Made by a program: the position numbers and the translations under genes
The notes under the pieces: generated by a model
The model's input: the letters and a program-made list of their open reading frames with translations, nothing else
What the model was told of the DNA's origin: nothing
The model's database searches: none
Shown: piece by piece, positions 36,101 to 48,224 of the stretch
Position numbering within the stretch: position 1 is the first letter of the stretch
Layout: every line of letters starts with the position of its first letter
DNA from: Veleropilina oligotropha
Taxonomy: Eukaryota
Reading direction: 5' to 3'
Assembly: GCA_048128005.1 (NCBI GenBank)
Contig: JBEUKZ010000067.1
Location: forward strand, 124,001 to 188,000
DNA: 64,000 bases

Positions 36101-39100
36101 AGGGGATATCACATGAGTGGTCATTTAATATCACATTTATGAAACGAGATAACTAATTTTCATATTTTCCGAGGTTTCACAGAGGAAAATATGAAAATTA
36201 GTTAACAAGTTTCATAAATGCCACGAATGTGAGATTCTATTTATCATATATCTCAAATTTATAAAGAAACAAGCTGTACATGCAACGTTGATTTTAATTT
36301 TGTTGACGCGCTCTAACATAATAATGCGGCGTAATAATATTACAGAAGGTGAAATTGTAAATTGAACGTTGACGTCATGAAAATACGTCAATGCATGTGA
36401 AAAATAACCCCGGTTTTACCTAATCTATAAACCATAAAGAGCAAAAATTGATGTTATGAAAAGAACTAATGCCGCTTTATCAATATTATACTTATCCAAC
36501 AAGCTCTATTAAAATAACATTAAATGCGCGAGGCCTATGTGTCTATTTCATTCTTTCGTCACCGAGTTTGAGCTAGTTGTCGCCTGCTATCGAATCAACT
36601 TCGCCAACCAATGAACCCCAGTTACATAATATTATAAAGCATCACAATCATGACATATTTGTCGGCTTTGTATATATGTTAACAATTATAAACACGTTTT
36701 CACAATAATTTTATAAATATGCAACGTTAATATGCTAATTTACATCTAAAATTGATTCGAAGCGTCAGAAAATGGTGTCCATTCTCGAATTAAATGAACA
36801 CCGCTTTCGCTCAAGTGCAAACTAGCCTACCCTGACATTGAACTCTGTAGGCTATAACTATCGATAGTTAAACGATCTAGAGCTAGAGATGGCAAGGCTT
36901 ACCTGAAGCTGTGCACCTAATATTTCAACTAAATATTGGTCGTTATTAGTTGCAGTTGCATGTATTTTCTTTGATCGCTGCTATCAACGATAATATGATT
37001 TGAAGAGGCCATGTGTGTTTCGTAGTACAAGGAGGGTACACACCATTAATGAACTTTTGTGACCTCTCTGTCATGGGCTGTTATTCTGTTTCATTGATAA
37101 AATTATCCAATATCAAATAGAAAGTCAATAAGACACATGCGTATTACGGTTGATATTAAACACTTTGGCCCTATGTAAAATGACCTGGATATATGATAAA
37201 TTACATATAATATCAGTGTATACTAACCGAAACAATTTCACCATGGACATTGTCCAAGCCATCCTCTTTGAGATTAGTCAGCATGTAGTCTGCATCAGAC
37301 AATAATATAAAAGCATGCTATACATATAATAATTAAACCTGCGGTCGCACCGATAGCATAGTGGATAAGTGAGTGGCTCCACAATTTAGTCGCCCCACTG
37401 CTTGGGTTAACAGGAGTAGATTGAAAACCTAGGACGGCTCTTTGTTCAATTAACAGCGACGGTTGTCCGTGAGGCCGGAATTTTGGGGGCAACCAAGAAT
37501 TCCTTCGGCAATAATATGGATTTGTCCTGACACGACCCTGAAGGGTGTTAAACTGGGACAATAAGCATCGATCCAAAACAAAATACAAAATACAAAAGAC
37601 CTGTTAACATTCGAAAATACCAGAGGGAGATTTCTTCGAAAACACTATATAAATAAATATATTATGCGTGCGTGCGTGATAATATATATATATAATCTTA
37701 ATTATCATGGTTTTTATGGGTTCCTTTGTTATGGTGGTAACTTAAGAAAAAAAAAAATAAAAAAAAAAGATTTTTTAAATTCGCAACGATGGGACCCTCC
37801 CGCCAGATACGGGAGCATTGACAGGTCTGCAAACATACAATATCCAGGTAATTTTCATGACCATTTAATTTGATAACTGTTTTTTGTAATGAGGCCGCTT
37901 CGACAGTCATGTGGTTTCGGTTGTGGATTCTGAAAAATCACTGACTTGATTCCGTTGATTCAAACCTCGGCTGGGTTTCACACATTTGTTCAAGTTATGA
38001 GTCACAGTTGTCCGTAACTGGTCGGAGAGGATGGGTTTCCCAGGGCGACCGGGATTTCCTCCCGCGATAATATGTATATGGACATGTCCTGCTTTGAACC
38101 AAATGATGGTTGGAAACATACAGGAGATTAAGCATCGATCCTTTCCTTTTTTTACCTTTTGGTTTTTGTAATTACTGTTCTTGTTTAGTAATCAGGCATA
38201 TAACATTTAAAATTATGACAATGCAGTAAATTTTATTTCCTAATGAAAGACAAGAGCATAAGTGATAAAAAACTTCTTTATAAACATCATTGATGTATCA
38301 ATGATGGTAGTGATGATACTATTCATGCACTGTAACTATTATGGAAACCGCCTTGTCATCATATGTTGAAAACCAGATGTTTATGTCTGTGAGACTTCTA
38401 GATATTTCAACTAATTTCCAAAATCTCAACTATTTCATCATTGATCGCTCCAAATAGTTGACTTGCTCATGAAACATCAATTCATCCACTCTAAAATATT
38501 AAATTGCCCTGAATTTTCATATATTCTAATAATATATTAAAATGTTATCTGTTCACTTCCGGATATTTCTGTCACAATGTGACGTACCAATTGCATTTTC
38601 CAGATTCTCCGACCCCGCGATGCGGCTCCCAAACTTGTCTGTGAAAGTTGCCAGCCTATCGTAAGCCTGTCCTTTAGCTGTTCCGTTGACAGCTAATTCA
38701 ATTATTTTATTTACATCATCTAAGGAAGAAAGATTGTTGCTATATGATTATCATAAATATGGAAATAACCATGCAATATGTATTACATGTATATATTACT
38801 ATTTAATTTTTAAATCATTCAAATTACAACTAATACAGGTTAGTATATATATTCATGCCTTAGTCAATGTCTCCATTTAATTACTAAAATAATAAACAGT
38901 TGGATCGGGAACTTGTCAATGGAATTATATATTTTATATGTCTTATAATACTGGCACTTGTTTCCATTATTTTCAGTAACGGGAGAGATTACAGTTATAT
39001 TACAAAGTTATATTGGGCAACTACTAATAGTCTAACAGTTGCTAATATATATAACTCCATGTACAGTACTTACAAAAGATTTTTTAATACTCTTGACGAC

Positions 39101-42100
39101 ATGATAAAAAAAATCATGCCAAGTTAGAAAATCCAGATAAATCAGGATAATTTCCAAGCCAGTTGTTATTAACTGATAATGTGGCCCAAAATAAACAACC
39201 TTATTCGTCGCTACTAGCTTATTCGTGACTGATGTATACAATTGTTATTGGTTCCTAGGTTATTTTAATTTGTCTGTAAATTGTCATTATTATATACATG
39301 TACATTTTAATTGAATGACAGTTGATTCTCTCACCTTGATGATTTCCTATGTCCAAAAGTACCTTCTGCAGACCACTAACTGACAGACCAGTGGTCCACG
39401 GCAAGACTACAATATAAGGCAATGCAAAGTCACATGTATTATAATTTATGGGATTTCTCTTCACATAGTCTGTCCGTTTTGTATTGTTATGGTACATAAT
39501 TTCATTTTCTTTGGACCACGCACCGCACAATTAACGTCCTCTTCCTACTCGTTAAGTTGATCGTGCTCTCATTTGAGTGTCTCCGTTTTCTGTTCTTCTC
39601 TGGCATTAGACCTACATAACTACTTCCAATTTTATTTCTTGTGGATGATGAAAATTCACTCGCTGGACTTGCGGAGAGCGATTTGTGCTCTCACAAATGC
39701 AATTTTTCACCTTGCGAGTACTTGCAGACCGTGCGAGTGCTTGTGGAGCTCGCAATGTTTTGAACATGTCCGAAAACTTGCAAGTGACTGCGAGTAGCTT
39801 GCGAGTGACTGCGAGTGACTGAGAGTGCTCGCAGCACTTGCGAGTAATCCCTCTCCCACTACGCGAGTTCCTGACACTCGCAAGGCTGAACTGGCATAGT
39901 AGGAGAGCACCTTTAGAGACAAAAGAGGAAACTAGCTTACAACATGTTCTGAATTAACAAATAAGATTTATTAATTTATTAATAATATAATAATAAATCA
40001 CGCATTGTCTCAATGTCATAATTTAGTCTACATAAAATCCATACATGTATGCATATTATCAATACAGTATTTTGCAAAGTCATCTAGCGTAGTTTTCCAC
40101 CAAAGAACAAACTATAATCTACACAGTAGGTCGATATTTGAGACAACAGTGAGATGGACGCGTGATTGTCATTTGACCGCGAAGCCGAAAGATAAGATTC
40201 AATTCGAATGCTGTCAATTATTGAACTCACAATCTTATTGTAATATATATCAAAGCATTACTATTTAGGTGTTTTGTAAAACATTAAATATGTCCATGTT
40301 TCAATCGCACAGTTTTCGTGACGTACGTAACTAGTACCCTAACTATATATATATATATATCCTCAGGGGCGTCGCGACCGGGGGGGGTCCGTGCATTATA
40401 AAGCTTAAAGGTGCACCGTCACTTTCACATTTCTTTAAAAAACATGTTGCTGTGTAGTAATATGTTTATTATAATGGTGGACAAAATTTCAGCCTTTTAT
40501 AAAACATTTTAACGCTGTTATCACGATATAACAAATCGGCTATCCCGTAACTAAATTTAGCCGACCAGAAATTAGAAATGGGACGTGCTATATATAGTGC
40601 TGGAGGTCACGTGGGTAATTTGGCATGTAAACAACTGGCTGGTCAACGAGAATTTGCTAACGGTCGCAGGCTGTTATAGGAAGGAATTACGACTAATTAA
40701 TAAACATCTGTTGAACAACGACATGGTTTATAGACTGACTTTTACAGTGAAAACGCAGACGAAACATATATATTGCGTGCACGTGTCTGATAAATAAATA
40801 ATATTCACTAAGTAAGTCGGTGCACGACGACTGGGACCCGACGAATGCCCCCAGAATGAAAACGAGCCTAATTGTCATGGTCATTACCTACACAAATTTT
40901 ATAATAGTATTACACAACAAGAAGGATTTAATATTTCCGAATACACATGAATTACTTTTTTCAAACTATGTACAATCATTAATAATGTGTTCACTCTGTG
41001 CCGTTGACCTGCACGGCCCGCTTTCTGAGCCCGTCTGTTGGTGGGTTAGAGCGCCATGTATATAGGCAGCGTTGGGTATGTCTCGCACATTCGTCGGATC
41101 CTCGTACACCGCATCTCTTCGATTTTTGTAATGATGCATTGCATATATATATGTCCGTATCATTGGGATCAGGGTCACCATTTGATATGTTTTTTAAACA
41201 CATTTGATAGGATGCCCATCACGTATTCACCGTGAAAATCCCACTTATTTTATTTCATTCTGTTACTACTGTTTTAAATGTGTTTTATTGCACAACAATT
41301 GTATTATTATACACCTTGTTGCCTCCACAGTGGCCAGAGCACCATTATAAATCCACTTGATAAACTGCAGTGTTTCTGTTTCCGTATTATATAATACTAA
41401 TTTGTAATCTGGGTCGAAGACACATATAAAAATAGTACACACCCATGTAATGGTGGTCCTAACTGTCCGAAGGAGTGGGTTTGCATATATATTCGAGGCT
41501 TTCCTGACGATATGACATCGACATGACCACAGATGTTAACAGGTAACAAAACATCAACTACTTTGTTCGTCTTTCATGTATTACATAAAAATTCATGTTG
41601 AAATGGTATTTTTTTTTAATTGTCATTATTGAGGATTACATTAAACTGGAGGTTGCCCACTTTTGACAGTTTTTCAGTCTTATCACATACTGTCAAAGCA
41701 CCCGGTTTAAGGTTTCACTCTGATCCGAGCATATATGCCTTCTATTATTTTAAGTTGTAGAATTAGCAGCCGGTTGGGCTCACCATGGGTTATCCCAAAT
41801 GATCCCGACAGTCTCCGTCGTGTCCGAATCCCTAACCACTGACCAACCACGGCCGCTTATTGAAGATTGTAAGACTTCATATTCTTCAACAGGCCTTTAA
41901 GAGATATGCAGTAAGTGAGAGCATTAAATATTTAGTTAGTTTCATATTATAAATCTGACATTACACCTGCAACCCATAATCCCTGTCAAAATTGTTATCC
42001 ATAGCCTTCCTTATCTCCATCGTACCCAAAAAGTGCCTTCAATCAACAACAATTCAGAGCTAAAATAGATTGATATTGCATTACGTTTTTTAATCTAATC

Positions 42101-45100
42101 TTTTTATCTTGCATGTTGCACATGTGATTTTATGTCATAGAAACAGCATGATAAAAGCACAAAACAAATCATATGACTGATTACAACAGTTTCCTAATCT
42201 TTCATCTAGACTGGCCGCTCCGGTAGCCGAGTGAACCAGAGTGCAGACTGTGAATTCAATACATTCAATGAGCTTGAATGCTCTGTCTAACAGGAGTGTG
42301 TCTCAGTTGGGGCATTATTTGTCCAGTTGCCATTCAATTTTCTCTATAACTGGTTGAGAGGGTGGGTTTTCCTGTAAGATCAGACTTTGCTCTCGAGATA
42401 ATATCTATAAATCTGAACAGAGCCATTGACCAAAATGTACCACAAAATTTTTTAGCCTAGATTTGCATGGACATATAATCACTGGCAGAGTATCTGAAGA
42501 ATCATATATACAGTAATACACATTTAAGTACATAATAGGCTCCAAATATCTGCAAAGCAGTAATGAGAAACTTTAACCAACATATTTGACAGCAGACAAT
42601 TAGCCCGTCGCTCTCCCGGTGGTTACAAAAAGAGAGACATTGTCACATAAATGTCAATGATAGTAAATAGTTTATTACAAAGTATGTCTATGATTACATA
42701 TTAGATATTAATTATGCCAGGTAATTTCACAGAAAAAAATTAGGCAGTGAGTGAGTGAACAAACAAACACTTGTGAATATTATATGCAAAATTGGTGTAT
42801 GTTTAACATCCACATTTGAATCTTACTTCGGTTATATAACAGGCAGGACAGCCGGAATTGTATGCCTTTATCTGATAAGATAGACACTGTGTGCAATGGC
42901 TTTGAATCACTAACCCTTGAATCCGTAGACCAGTCCCATATGCTATTAAAGTTAGTACATGTACAATGCATTATGCCATACAATCTGTACTTTGATCAAC
43001 AAACAAACAATTGCAAAATATTGATAACATAGTTGTTTCAAAATTGCAAAAACTAAAACACATAGTCCTAGATCTACTGGAACTACATTTTCAAAATATA
43101 CAGATAAAAGATTTTACCCCACATCAACAAAATGGATATCTGCAGACATGACTGGCATACAGCCTTCAGATTTTACACTGTGGAATTTTGAAAAAGTGAT
43201 AGTTAGTGCCCAGAGAGTCATGATTCCTAATGATGAATAGTCATTAAAATATTCAGATCGATATTTCTCAAGATTACAATCAAGAATGTCCTGTATATTT
43301 ACAACTCTCTGGTTCAAGGAAAGACAATCCATATTATCGCCCGGCGAAACCCGCCCCCTCAAGTCAGTTACGGACAACTGTGATGGACAACTCAACTGAA
43401 CAAAGAAAGCTAATGCCCAAACCGAGATTCAAACCCACTCCTGTTAGTTAACGCAATTGGGCCAGTGACTTCAGAGTCGGCACTCGAGAAAACATGACTA
43501 CCGGGGCGGTCTCTACAAAGAGGACTTGGACAGTCTGTGTAATGAAAAGTAGTCTGGAACAATTAACTGATGCTATAGGGACATTCACTGTTTTGTCAAT
43601 GAACTGGATTTTTTCACAGTTGTCAATAACGGAGTATTTTTCCCAAATTGACGTCACGTACACATGATTAATATGTAATGTGATTATGTCACTATCAGGA
43701 GTATTAGTCTATAAACTGCTGACAAATCCTTCAATTTTAAATACAGATTTTTTCTTACAATCTTTTTCTCAATAAATATGAAAAAACATCATCGAGTGGA
43801 ATGTTTGTCGTCAGATAAATAAAGTAAATCATATTTTAAGCGATATCAATTCTTGGAAGGTGATCACGTAATACTGCATTCGTACTATAGGCAAAGACTC
43901 TCAGAATGGATAAAACAAGGTTAAACCAGGGGTCCTGACTATAGTTAGACTGGATTAGTGTTATAACATACAAACTATCAATTATTTAAAAGTCTCAACT
44001 CTGTTGCATAAGGTGGGCATAGTTGATCGACATGTTGCTTATCTAAAAACAATTAGTATGCAATACAAACAAAAATAGTCTAGATTTCATCTTGATACAA
44101 AAACACCAAGTATAAAGGCCAAGGTAATGGTTGATATATTATGTCGTTGATACAACTAATTAAATGTTATGGCTTGCCCCTATGTTGCCTTGGCAATAAG
44201 CAGTGATGACTGCTGTGTGTTCATGTTATACAGAGGGATTCTGTTGCTGCTGTAAGACACTACAGATGTATTACTTCATATATCAATATCTGGCAGGCCC
44301 AAGTGGGTTTAACTAGTTGATTTTGACTTTCATTCCTCGAAAATATGAGTATCCCAATATGACATGTATGATCAGTTGGTTGAAATTATATAATAAATGC
44401 AAATGGATGTTTAAGGTTACAGGAATCTCAGTCTGTTAATACAGCACAGCAAAGCAAAGAAATACATTAACACACTGACAGTCTGTAGAATCAGTCTTGC
44501 GATCATGGCCACTATATCACATGATCATTGACGGCATGTAAAGTGCTGACAGCAAAACTATAAATATTCTGTGAACCAAAGGATGATCCCAAATGTCTCA
44601 CTCTACATCCTGAACTGTGAATACTTGTAGCCTGTTCTGCTACAATCTTGATTGTTTATTGCGGTGGAATCGAAGCAATTATCCTCTAAATCCTATTGGG
44701 CCAGTTTCCATATTATTATTAAAGCAAGTCGCATCTTCTCATGGATCATGTATCCACACGTCGTCTCTTAACGATTTCTTCTTCCTCTTTACAGCTGCAT
44801 CCACCTTTCACTGTTTTTCCTTAACTTCTATGCAAACTGTAAATAAGGATAGACTAGTGTAAATAATATTGTACTTTGAAGTCAATACATCGTATTTTAA
44901 ACAACATGCATAAAGTATAAAGAGTATACTCTCTCATGTGATAAAAATTAATATATAGTAATACAGGATCACAACAATCATTAATCAAAACTGTATAAGA
45001 TAAATTTTAGTTTTTTAAGCTAAAGGTTAGCTTGAAACATATTCCCTCAACAATATACCACAAGATATAAAACAAATTGAACCCCCCCCCCCCATCACAC

Positions 45101-48100
45101 ATGCTCATGCACCAATGCACAGCTCAAAATAACTTTTATATAAAGTAGTTATGCAAAGTGCCATTTCCTGCCTTACCCCCAAAACCGATTTGCTTCCCGC
45201 GCCACTGTCAGCAAACAGTTGCATATAATTTACTCGATTATAACTTGAACATATCGATAATGCTGTCGTAATGTAGTTATATAATATTTGTATACAGTAT
45301 ATTTTATACATGTGAAAAAGGAAACAAATTCATGTGCAACTATTTGGGGACTTGCAGATTAAAGGTCCCCCAGTTATAGCGTTAGAACCGTGCTTACTAA
45401 TACACTGACCCTAATGCTCTTAGTCATGAATATACACACGATTACTAACCCGGGGACCCTGAAACTGCAAAGTACCCTCAGTCAGGGCATGGCAGACCAA
45501 TTTCTGCACACGCGCAGACATCGCTACTGCCCTCAAGGGGCTGGATCGCTGCTTATCCTTCGTCTGTTTACGTTAGACGATTAGTGCAGTTCACAGTTGC
45601 TATATTATGTAATCACACTCCCTGGACGATAAAAGTATCGAAATCGCCATACAAAATCCACACCCACAGATTGCTTACTGTTATATAGAGCAATCAGTGG
45701 GTGGGGCTTTTTGCCTGTCGATTTTCGATCATTTCGCTACTTTATTCATTTATTTTGTGACGTATCGTCCAGGTACTTACTCCTATGACATACGAGTCCT
45801 GGTTGACTTACGTGTTGTGTAGGAAGTATATAGCAGCCTCTAACGTTATTGGAGTACCAGGGACTGTGATATACTAGTATAGTCAATAATAATTTTCGAC
45901 TTATGCGCCCGTTCGATTTGATCAAGTTCACTGACACTGTTATATAGAAAGAGAGAGATTGCGTGACCTGATTGAGGGAGTCTTGGGACTGTGGGACGGA
46001 TAGAGGGCGAAATCACCCGTTTTTAAACGGGTGTGCCCGCTAGTAATTAATATAGCAACAATTAACTGCGCTAATCGTTAAAAGTAAACAGACGAACCAT
46101 AAGCAGCGATCGATCCAGGCGACTGCCGCTGTGGTCACAGACAATCCGCATGTACTTGTCAATAAAACCAACAACAAGTCCAGTATATTTCAAAGTGACG
46201 ACTATTTATCAATATATGATACTGTATTACTAAATTCATGTTCTACCCACCGTATATCAGCGCAACATTATTGTTTTCTTCCCCTTGGCAGTGACAACCA
46301 ACTCATGGCGTCCGCCATTTTTTAAATGAAAGTGTGTATAGGTGGTTCCCCTAAAAGGGAATCCTTTCAACATAAACTGCAACGTCAAAAATCGTGGCAC
46401 GGGCTACAAGCTAGGGGAGGCGTGCTTCTGGGGTCATTTGTTATATTTTGAGGTGACCAATAAATGTAAAATTTTCGGTATAGATTCAGGAAACATTTTT
46501 CCACCAGAAAATACCATAACATGAAAATATTTTTTTTAAAACCATTAAAATCGTATCAAAAGTGACGGTGCACCTTTAATGTTAACGTCATTACACTATA
46601 CGGACTTCTTAAATACCAGGAAAATGCATCTGAGGCACTTAAATTCACAAAGGGCTTCGCGCCTTCGGTGCTCTAGCTCTTTACTGGCTCAGGCAATATG
46701 CATACTAGTACTTGCCAACCCTACCGACTAACGCGATAGGTTACCGATTTTATAAGACTACTACCGACTACCGTTTTAAATAGATACGCATACCGATTCG
46801 AGATTTTAATAGCGAGCACGCAGTGCATGCGAATGGCAATGTTTGCCTATACGGTAGTACACGGGAAAGATTATTTGCCATGATCGAACACAGGGGCATG
46901 TAACGCTGTTTATCGTTCGTCTGTTTCCGTTTGACGATTAGCGCAGTTTATTGTTACTATATAATATAGACTATATTATACAGTGACAATGAACTGCGCT
47001 AATCGTCAAACGGAAACAGACGAACGATAAACAATGTTACATGGCCCTGTGTGATCGAATACGCGACCTGACATCACGCGTTTCGGTAATATAAAGTCCG
47101 CGAAGACGGTAGCGCGTTATGGCTGTCACACATAATATTCAACCAATAAAATTGTCAGGAGGGTTTGCTGGTCAATATTTGCCATGGTCGATTTCGCGAA
47201 TAATTATTGCTTGCAATTTAAAGTTGGCCCTAGCTATTTCGTTCATTAGTTTTGTAAGCATAAACAATAAAGACATTTCATTGCGAGATTTCCGGATATG
47301 TATAAACTAGGCCTATATGCAACATATTAGATACTCGTACCGAATGTTCAATCAATATCATTAATGCTTTGTGGCATTGACTATAGACAATTACTGCAGT
47401 TGAACCAATATGTGGGCGAGTACTAATATTATAGAATATTTATTTTAACATGTTTTTAATAATTTCTGCTCTCCAAACATGAAATTTTGAGGCAAAAAAA
47501 TGTCAATTTTTGTCCTAGAATGCAGGAGAACGTTTGTCAGAGCTTCTAAATAAAAAAATCTTGGGGGCATGCCCCCAAACCCTCCTAGATATTCGGTAAT
47601 ATCAATCTTCGGTAATATCAATCTTCGCGGCCTTCGGCCGCTCACGTGGCTACCTCTTTCTTGCCATAAAAGTTTGGGAAGTATGCAATATGAGGTGCCC
47701 TTGGTTAATGGGCCGCTTCGGTAGCGCAGTGGGTCGAGTGTCCACTCTAAATTCACTGGCTTGTTTCCGCTGACGCGAACAGTAGTGGGATCGACCCCCG
47801 GCTGAGGCAGCACACATTTGTTCAAGTTATGAAGCACAGTTGTCCGTGACTGGCCGAAGAGGGCGGGTTTACCCGGCAACCGGGGTTTCCTCCCGCGATA
47901 ACACGGACATGTCCTGCCTTGAACCTCGATGTTATAAATATACAGGACATTAAGCATAATTCCTCCTCCTTGGTTAATGATACCCCCCAAACATCAAATT
48001 GGTTGCGACGCCCCTGATCCTATATCTGGGACAGGTCAAATCTTGGTCTGTATTTGAAGAAATATAACGTCAATCATGCGTACAATATCGAAACGATATT

Positions 48101-48224
48101 TGCATATATATATACACTTTCAAATACCAAAATAACAATTATGAATTGTATTTAAAATACACGTATTAATGTTACCTGTCAAAAGGACGAAGAAAGCAAC
48201 AAGATCATTCCTAGCAGTCGGCAT
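8982..48224 (-). CDS. CPQ: Carboxypeptidase Q (plasma glutamate carboxypeptidase, M28), whole gene span, 14 coding exons, 474 aa
   Basis: Exons join with GT-AG introns and consistent phases, totalling 1425 nt. Metal and catalytic motifs GHLDSWD, MDDGGG, SEEQ, ESDEG and FHHT are all present, with an N-terminal signal peptide. Confidence 0.93.
9758..9937 (-). CDS. CPQ: CPQ exon 13 ([30 protein letters not shown])
   Basis: FHH metal-ligand motif, phase 1-1. Confidence 0.95.
10527..10602 (-). CDS. CPQ: CPQ exon 12 ([25 protein letters not shown])
   Basis: ESD metal-ligand motif, phase 0-1. Confidence 0.95.
10968..11214 (-). mobile_element. tRNA-headed SINE copy (degenerate)
   Basis: Reverse complement resembles the copies at 37891 and 47710 (GGGCCGC..GGTAG head, TGTCCTGC..TGAACC..GGACATTAAGCAT tail). 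Confidence 0.7.
11235..11279 (-). CDS. CPQ: CPQ exon 11 ([15 protein letters not shown])
   Basis: Completes the EE motif across the splice junction. Confidence 0.93.
12553..12624 (-). CDS. CPQ: CPQ exon 10 ([24 protein letters not shown])
   Basis: CPQ-like sequence, phase 0-0. Confidence 0.95.
12818..13219 (+). mobile_element. Penelope-like element 3' fragment with inverted pseudo-LTR
   Basis: GIY-YIG C-terminal remnant ([25 protein letters not shown]) followed by a ~100-bp terminal region (13118-13219) that is repeated in inverted orientation at 12818-12920. Confidence 0.85.
13154..13193 (+). ncRNA. Minimal type I hammerhead ribozyme (Penelope type)
   Basis: CTGATGA-A-GAGAC-CGGAAG-GTCTC-GAAA-GCTTC with an ATG/CAT stem I and a palindromic AAGCTT stem III. 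Confidence 0.85.
13223..14031. mobile_element. Tc1/mariner/pogo-type MITE
   Basis: TIRs ..TATTCGACCTATTTAGCGCCC / GGGCGCTAAATAGGTCGAATACGG, flanked by TA on both sides. Confidence 0.8.
14042..17542 (-). mobile_element. pogo/Tigger-like internally deleted DNA transposon
   Basis: Perfect TIRs CAGTCGATTCCACTTAATAACATA and TA TSDs. Transposase N-terminal remnant [14 protein letters not shown] at ~14610-14568 on the minus strand. Confidence 0.85.
14871..16944 (+). mobile_element. Probable long solo LTR (BEL/Pao-like) nested in the pogo element
   Basis: Termini TGTTTAGTGA...TCACTAAACA, flanks ATAAC/ATAAA (4/5 match of a 5-bp TSD), and AATAAA ~30 bp before the 3' end. Confidence 0.6.
17762..18378 (-). 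mobile_element. Non-autonomous Helitron with tandem 5' modules (x3)
   Basis: 5'-TC and 3'-CTAG ends, subterminal CCCG..CGGG hairpin, internal (CA)/(GACA) microsatellite. Confidence 0.85.
18643..18729 (-). CDS. CPQ: CPQ exon 9 ([29 protein letters not shown])
   Basis: M28 zinc-binding motifs, phase 0-0. Confidence 0.97.
18783..19084 (-). mobile_element. Non-autonomous Helitron, same family
   Basis: Same termini and core as 17762-18378. Confidence 0.85.
19620..19723 (-). CDS. CPQ: CPQ exon 8 ([31 protein letters not shown])
   Basis: CPQ-like sequence, phase 1-0. Confidence 0.95.
20304..20388 (-). CDS. CPQ: CPQ exon 7 ([25 protein letters not shown])
   Basis: CPQ-like sequence, phase 0-1. 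Confidence 0.95.
23138..23344. repeat. DIRS inverted terminal repeat (3' copy)
   Basis: Reverse complement of 30233-30439; no mismatch seen by eye. Confidence 0.93.
23404..23494. repeat. DIRS internal complementary region (ICR)
   Basis: Reverse complement of 23106-23158 joined at CTCA|TATG to the reverse complement of ~30413-30451. Confidence 0.93.
24302..25300 (-). pseudogene. DIRS tyrosine recombinase (multiply frameshifted)
   Basis: Fragments WIDW-like/[28 protein letters not shown] and a terminal VTAQRCIV. Confidence 0.7.
25283..27210 (-). pseudogene. DIRS pol: reverse transcriptase, RNase H and Dam-like methyltransferase domain (frameshifted)
   Basis: [33 protein letters not shown] (YLDD at 26574-26563), [54 protein letters not shown]. 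Confidence 0.9.
27200..29530 (-). pseudogene. DIRS gag-like region with N-terminal PHD-like remnant (fragmented)
   Basis: Pro/Ser-rich broken ORFs upstream of pol; [20 protein letters not shown] at ~29480-29365. Confidence 0.55.
30233..30439. repeat. DIRS inverted terminal repeat (5' copy)
   Basis: Pairs with 23138-23344. Confidence 0.93.
32555..32965 (+). mobile_element. Non-autonomous Helitron (two 5' modules)
   Basis: A|TC...CCCGGCGAAGACGGG..CTAG|T. Confidence 0.85.
33064..33504 (-). mobile_element. Non-autonomous Helitron (two 5' modules)
   Basis: Inserted at A|T inside CCTTGAA|TAACAATAGGG; the uninterrupted motif is visible at ~32986. Confidence 0.87.
34062..34757 (-). mobile_element. 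Tandem non-autonomous Helitrons (34062-34334 and 34338-34757)
   Basis: Same family, head-to-tail. Confidence 0.87.
34963..35127 (-). CDS. CPQ: CPQ exon 6 ([30 protein letters not shown]), PA domain
   Basis: CPQ-like sequence, phase 0-0. Confidence 0.95.
35587..35754 (-). CDS. CPQ: CPQ exon 5 ([32 protein letters not shown])
   Basis: CPQ-like sequence; a second in-frame acceptor would start the exon at 35778. Confidence 0.93.
37228..37289 (-). CDS. CPQ: CPQ exon 4 ([20 protein letters not shown])
   Basis: CPQ-like sequence, phase 1-0. Confidence 0.92.
37891..38150 (+). mobile_element. tRNA-headed SINE copy
   Basis: Similar to 47710-47965 and 62273-62415. Confidence 0.75.
38588..38719 (-). 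CDS. CPQ: CPQ exon 3 ([37 protein letters not shown])
   Basis: CPQ-like sequence with AG/GT boundaries. Confidence 0.93.
39335..39406 (-). CDS. CPQ: CPQ exon 2 ([23 protein letters not shown])
   Basis: Acceptor TTGTAG, donor GTGAGA, phase 1-1; fits the N-terminal helix. Confidence 0.65.
40409..46575. mobile_element. Kolobok-type DNA transposon (non-autonomous or degenerate)
   Basis: TTAA|AGGTGCACCGTCACTTT ... AAAGTGACGGTGCACCT|TTAA: 17-bp perfect TIR, TTAA TSD, RR terminus. Confidence 0.8.
43320..43510 (-). mobile_element. Degenerate SINE copy
   Basis: Reverse complement has a GCCCCGGTAGTCATG head, a GGGTTTGAATC B-box-like motif and the AGTTGTCCGTAACTG core. Confidence 0.55.
46889..47051. 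mobile_element. Fully palindromic MITE with 8-bp TSD (P- or hAT-like)
   Basis: 163-bp hairpin CACAGGGGCATGTAAC...GTTACATGGCCCTGTG flanked by TGATCGAA on both sides. Related arms at ~45560-45610 and ~46045-46100. Confidence 0.85.
47710..47965 (+). mobile_element. tRNA-headed SINE (best preserved copy)
   Basis: A-box TAGCGCAGTGG, B-box-like GGGATCGACCC, and core and tail shared with other copies. Confidence 0.8.
48176..48224 (-). CDS. CPQ: CPQ coding exon 1 ([16 protein letters not shown])
   Basis: ATG, hydrophobic core and phase-1 donor GTAAC. Joins exon 2 into a plausible signal peptide. Poorly conserved, so less certain. Confidence 0.6.

Larger units (their letters stand above)
40364..48016. 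mobile_element. DNA transposon shell with CAGGGGCGTCGC(G/A)ACC TIRs (hAT-like termini) containing nested elements
   Basis: 16-bp TIRs with 1 mismatch; ATCCT is directly repeated on both flanks. Confidence 0.65.

Noticed and set aside
39700..39885. CTTGCGAGT/CTCGCA repeat cluster
   Set aside because: Probably the interior of a small MITE; termini and TSD could not be defined.
43114..43230. Candidate CPQ exon 2 ([12 protein letters not shown]..)
   Set aside because: Donor phase is incompatible with exon 3 and it lies inside the Kolobok element; 39335-39406 fits better.
47445..47990. 181-aa minus-strand ORF
   Set aside because: Antisense translation of a SINE and transposon subterminal sequence.
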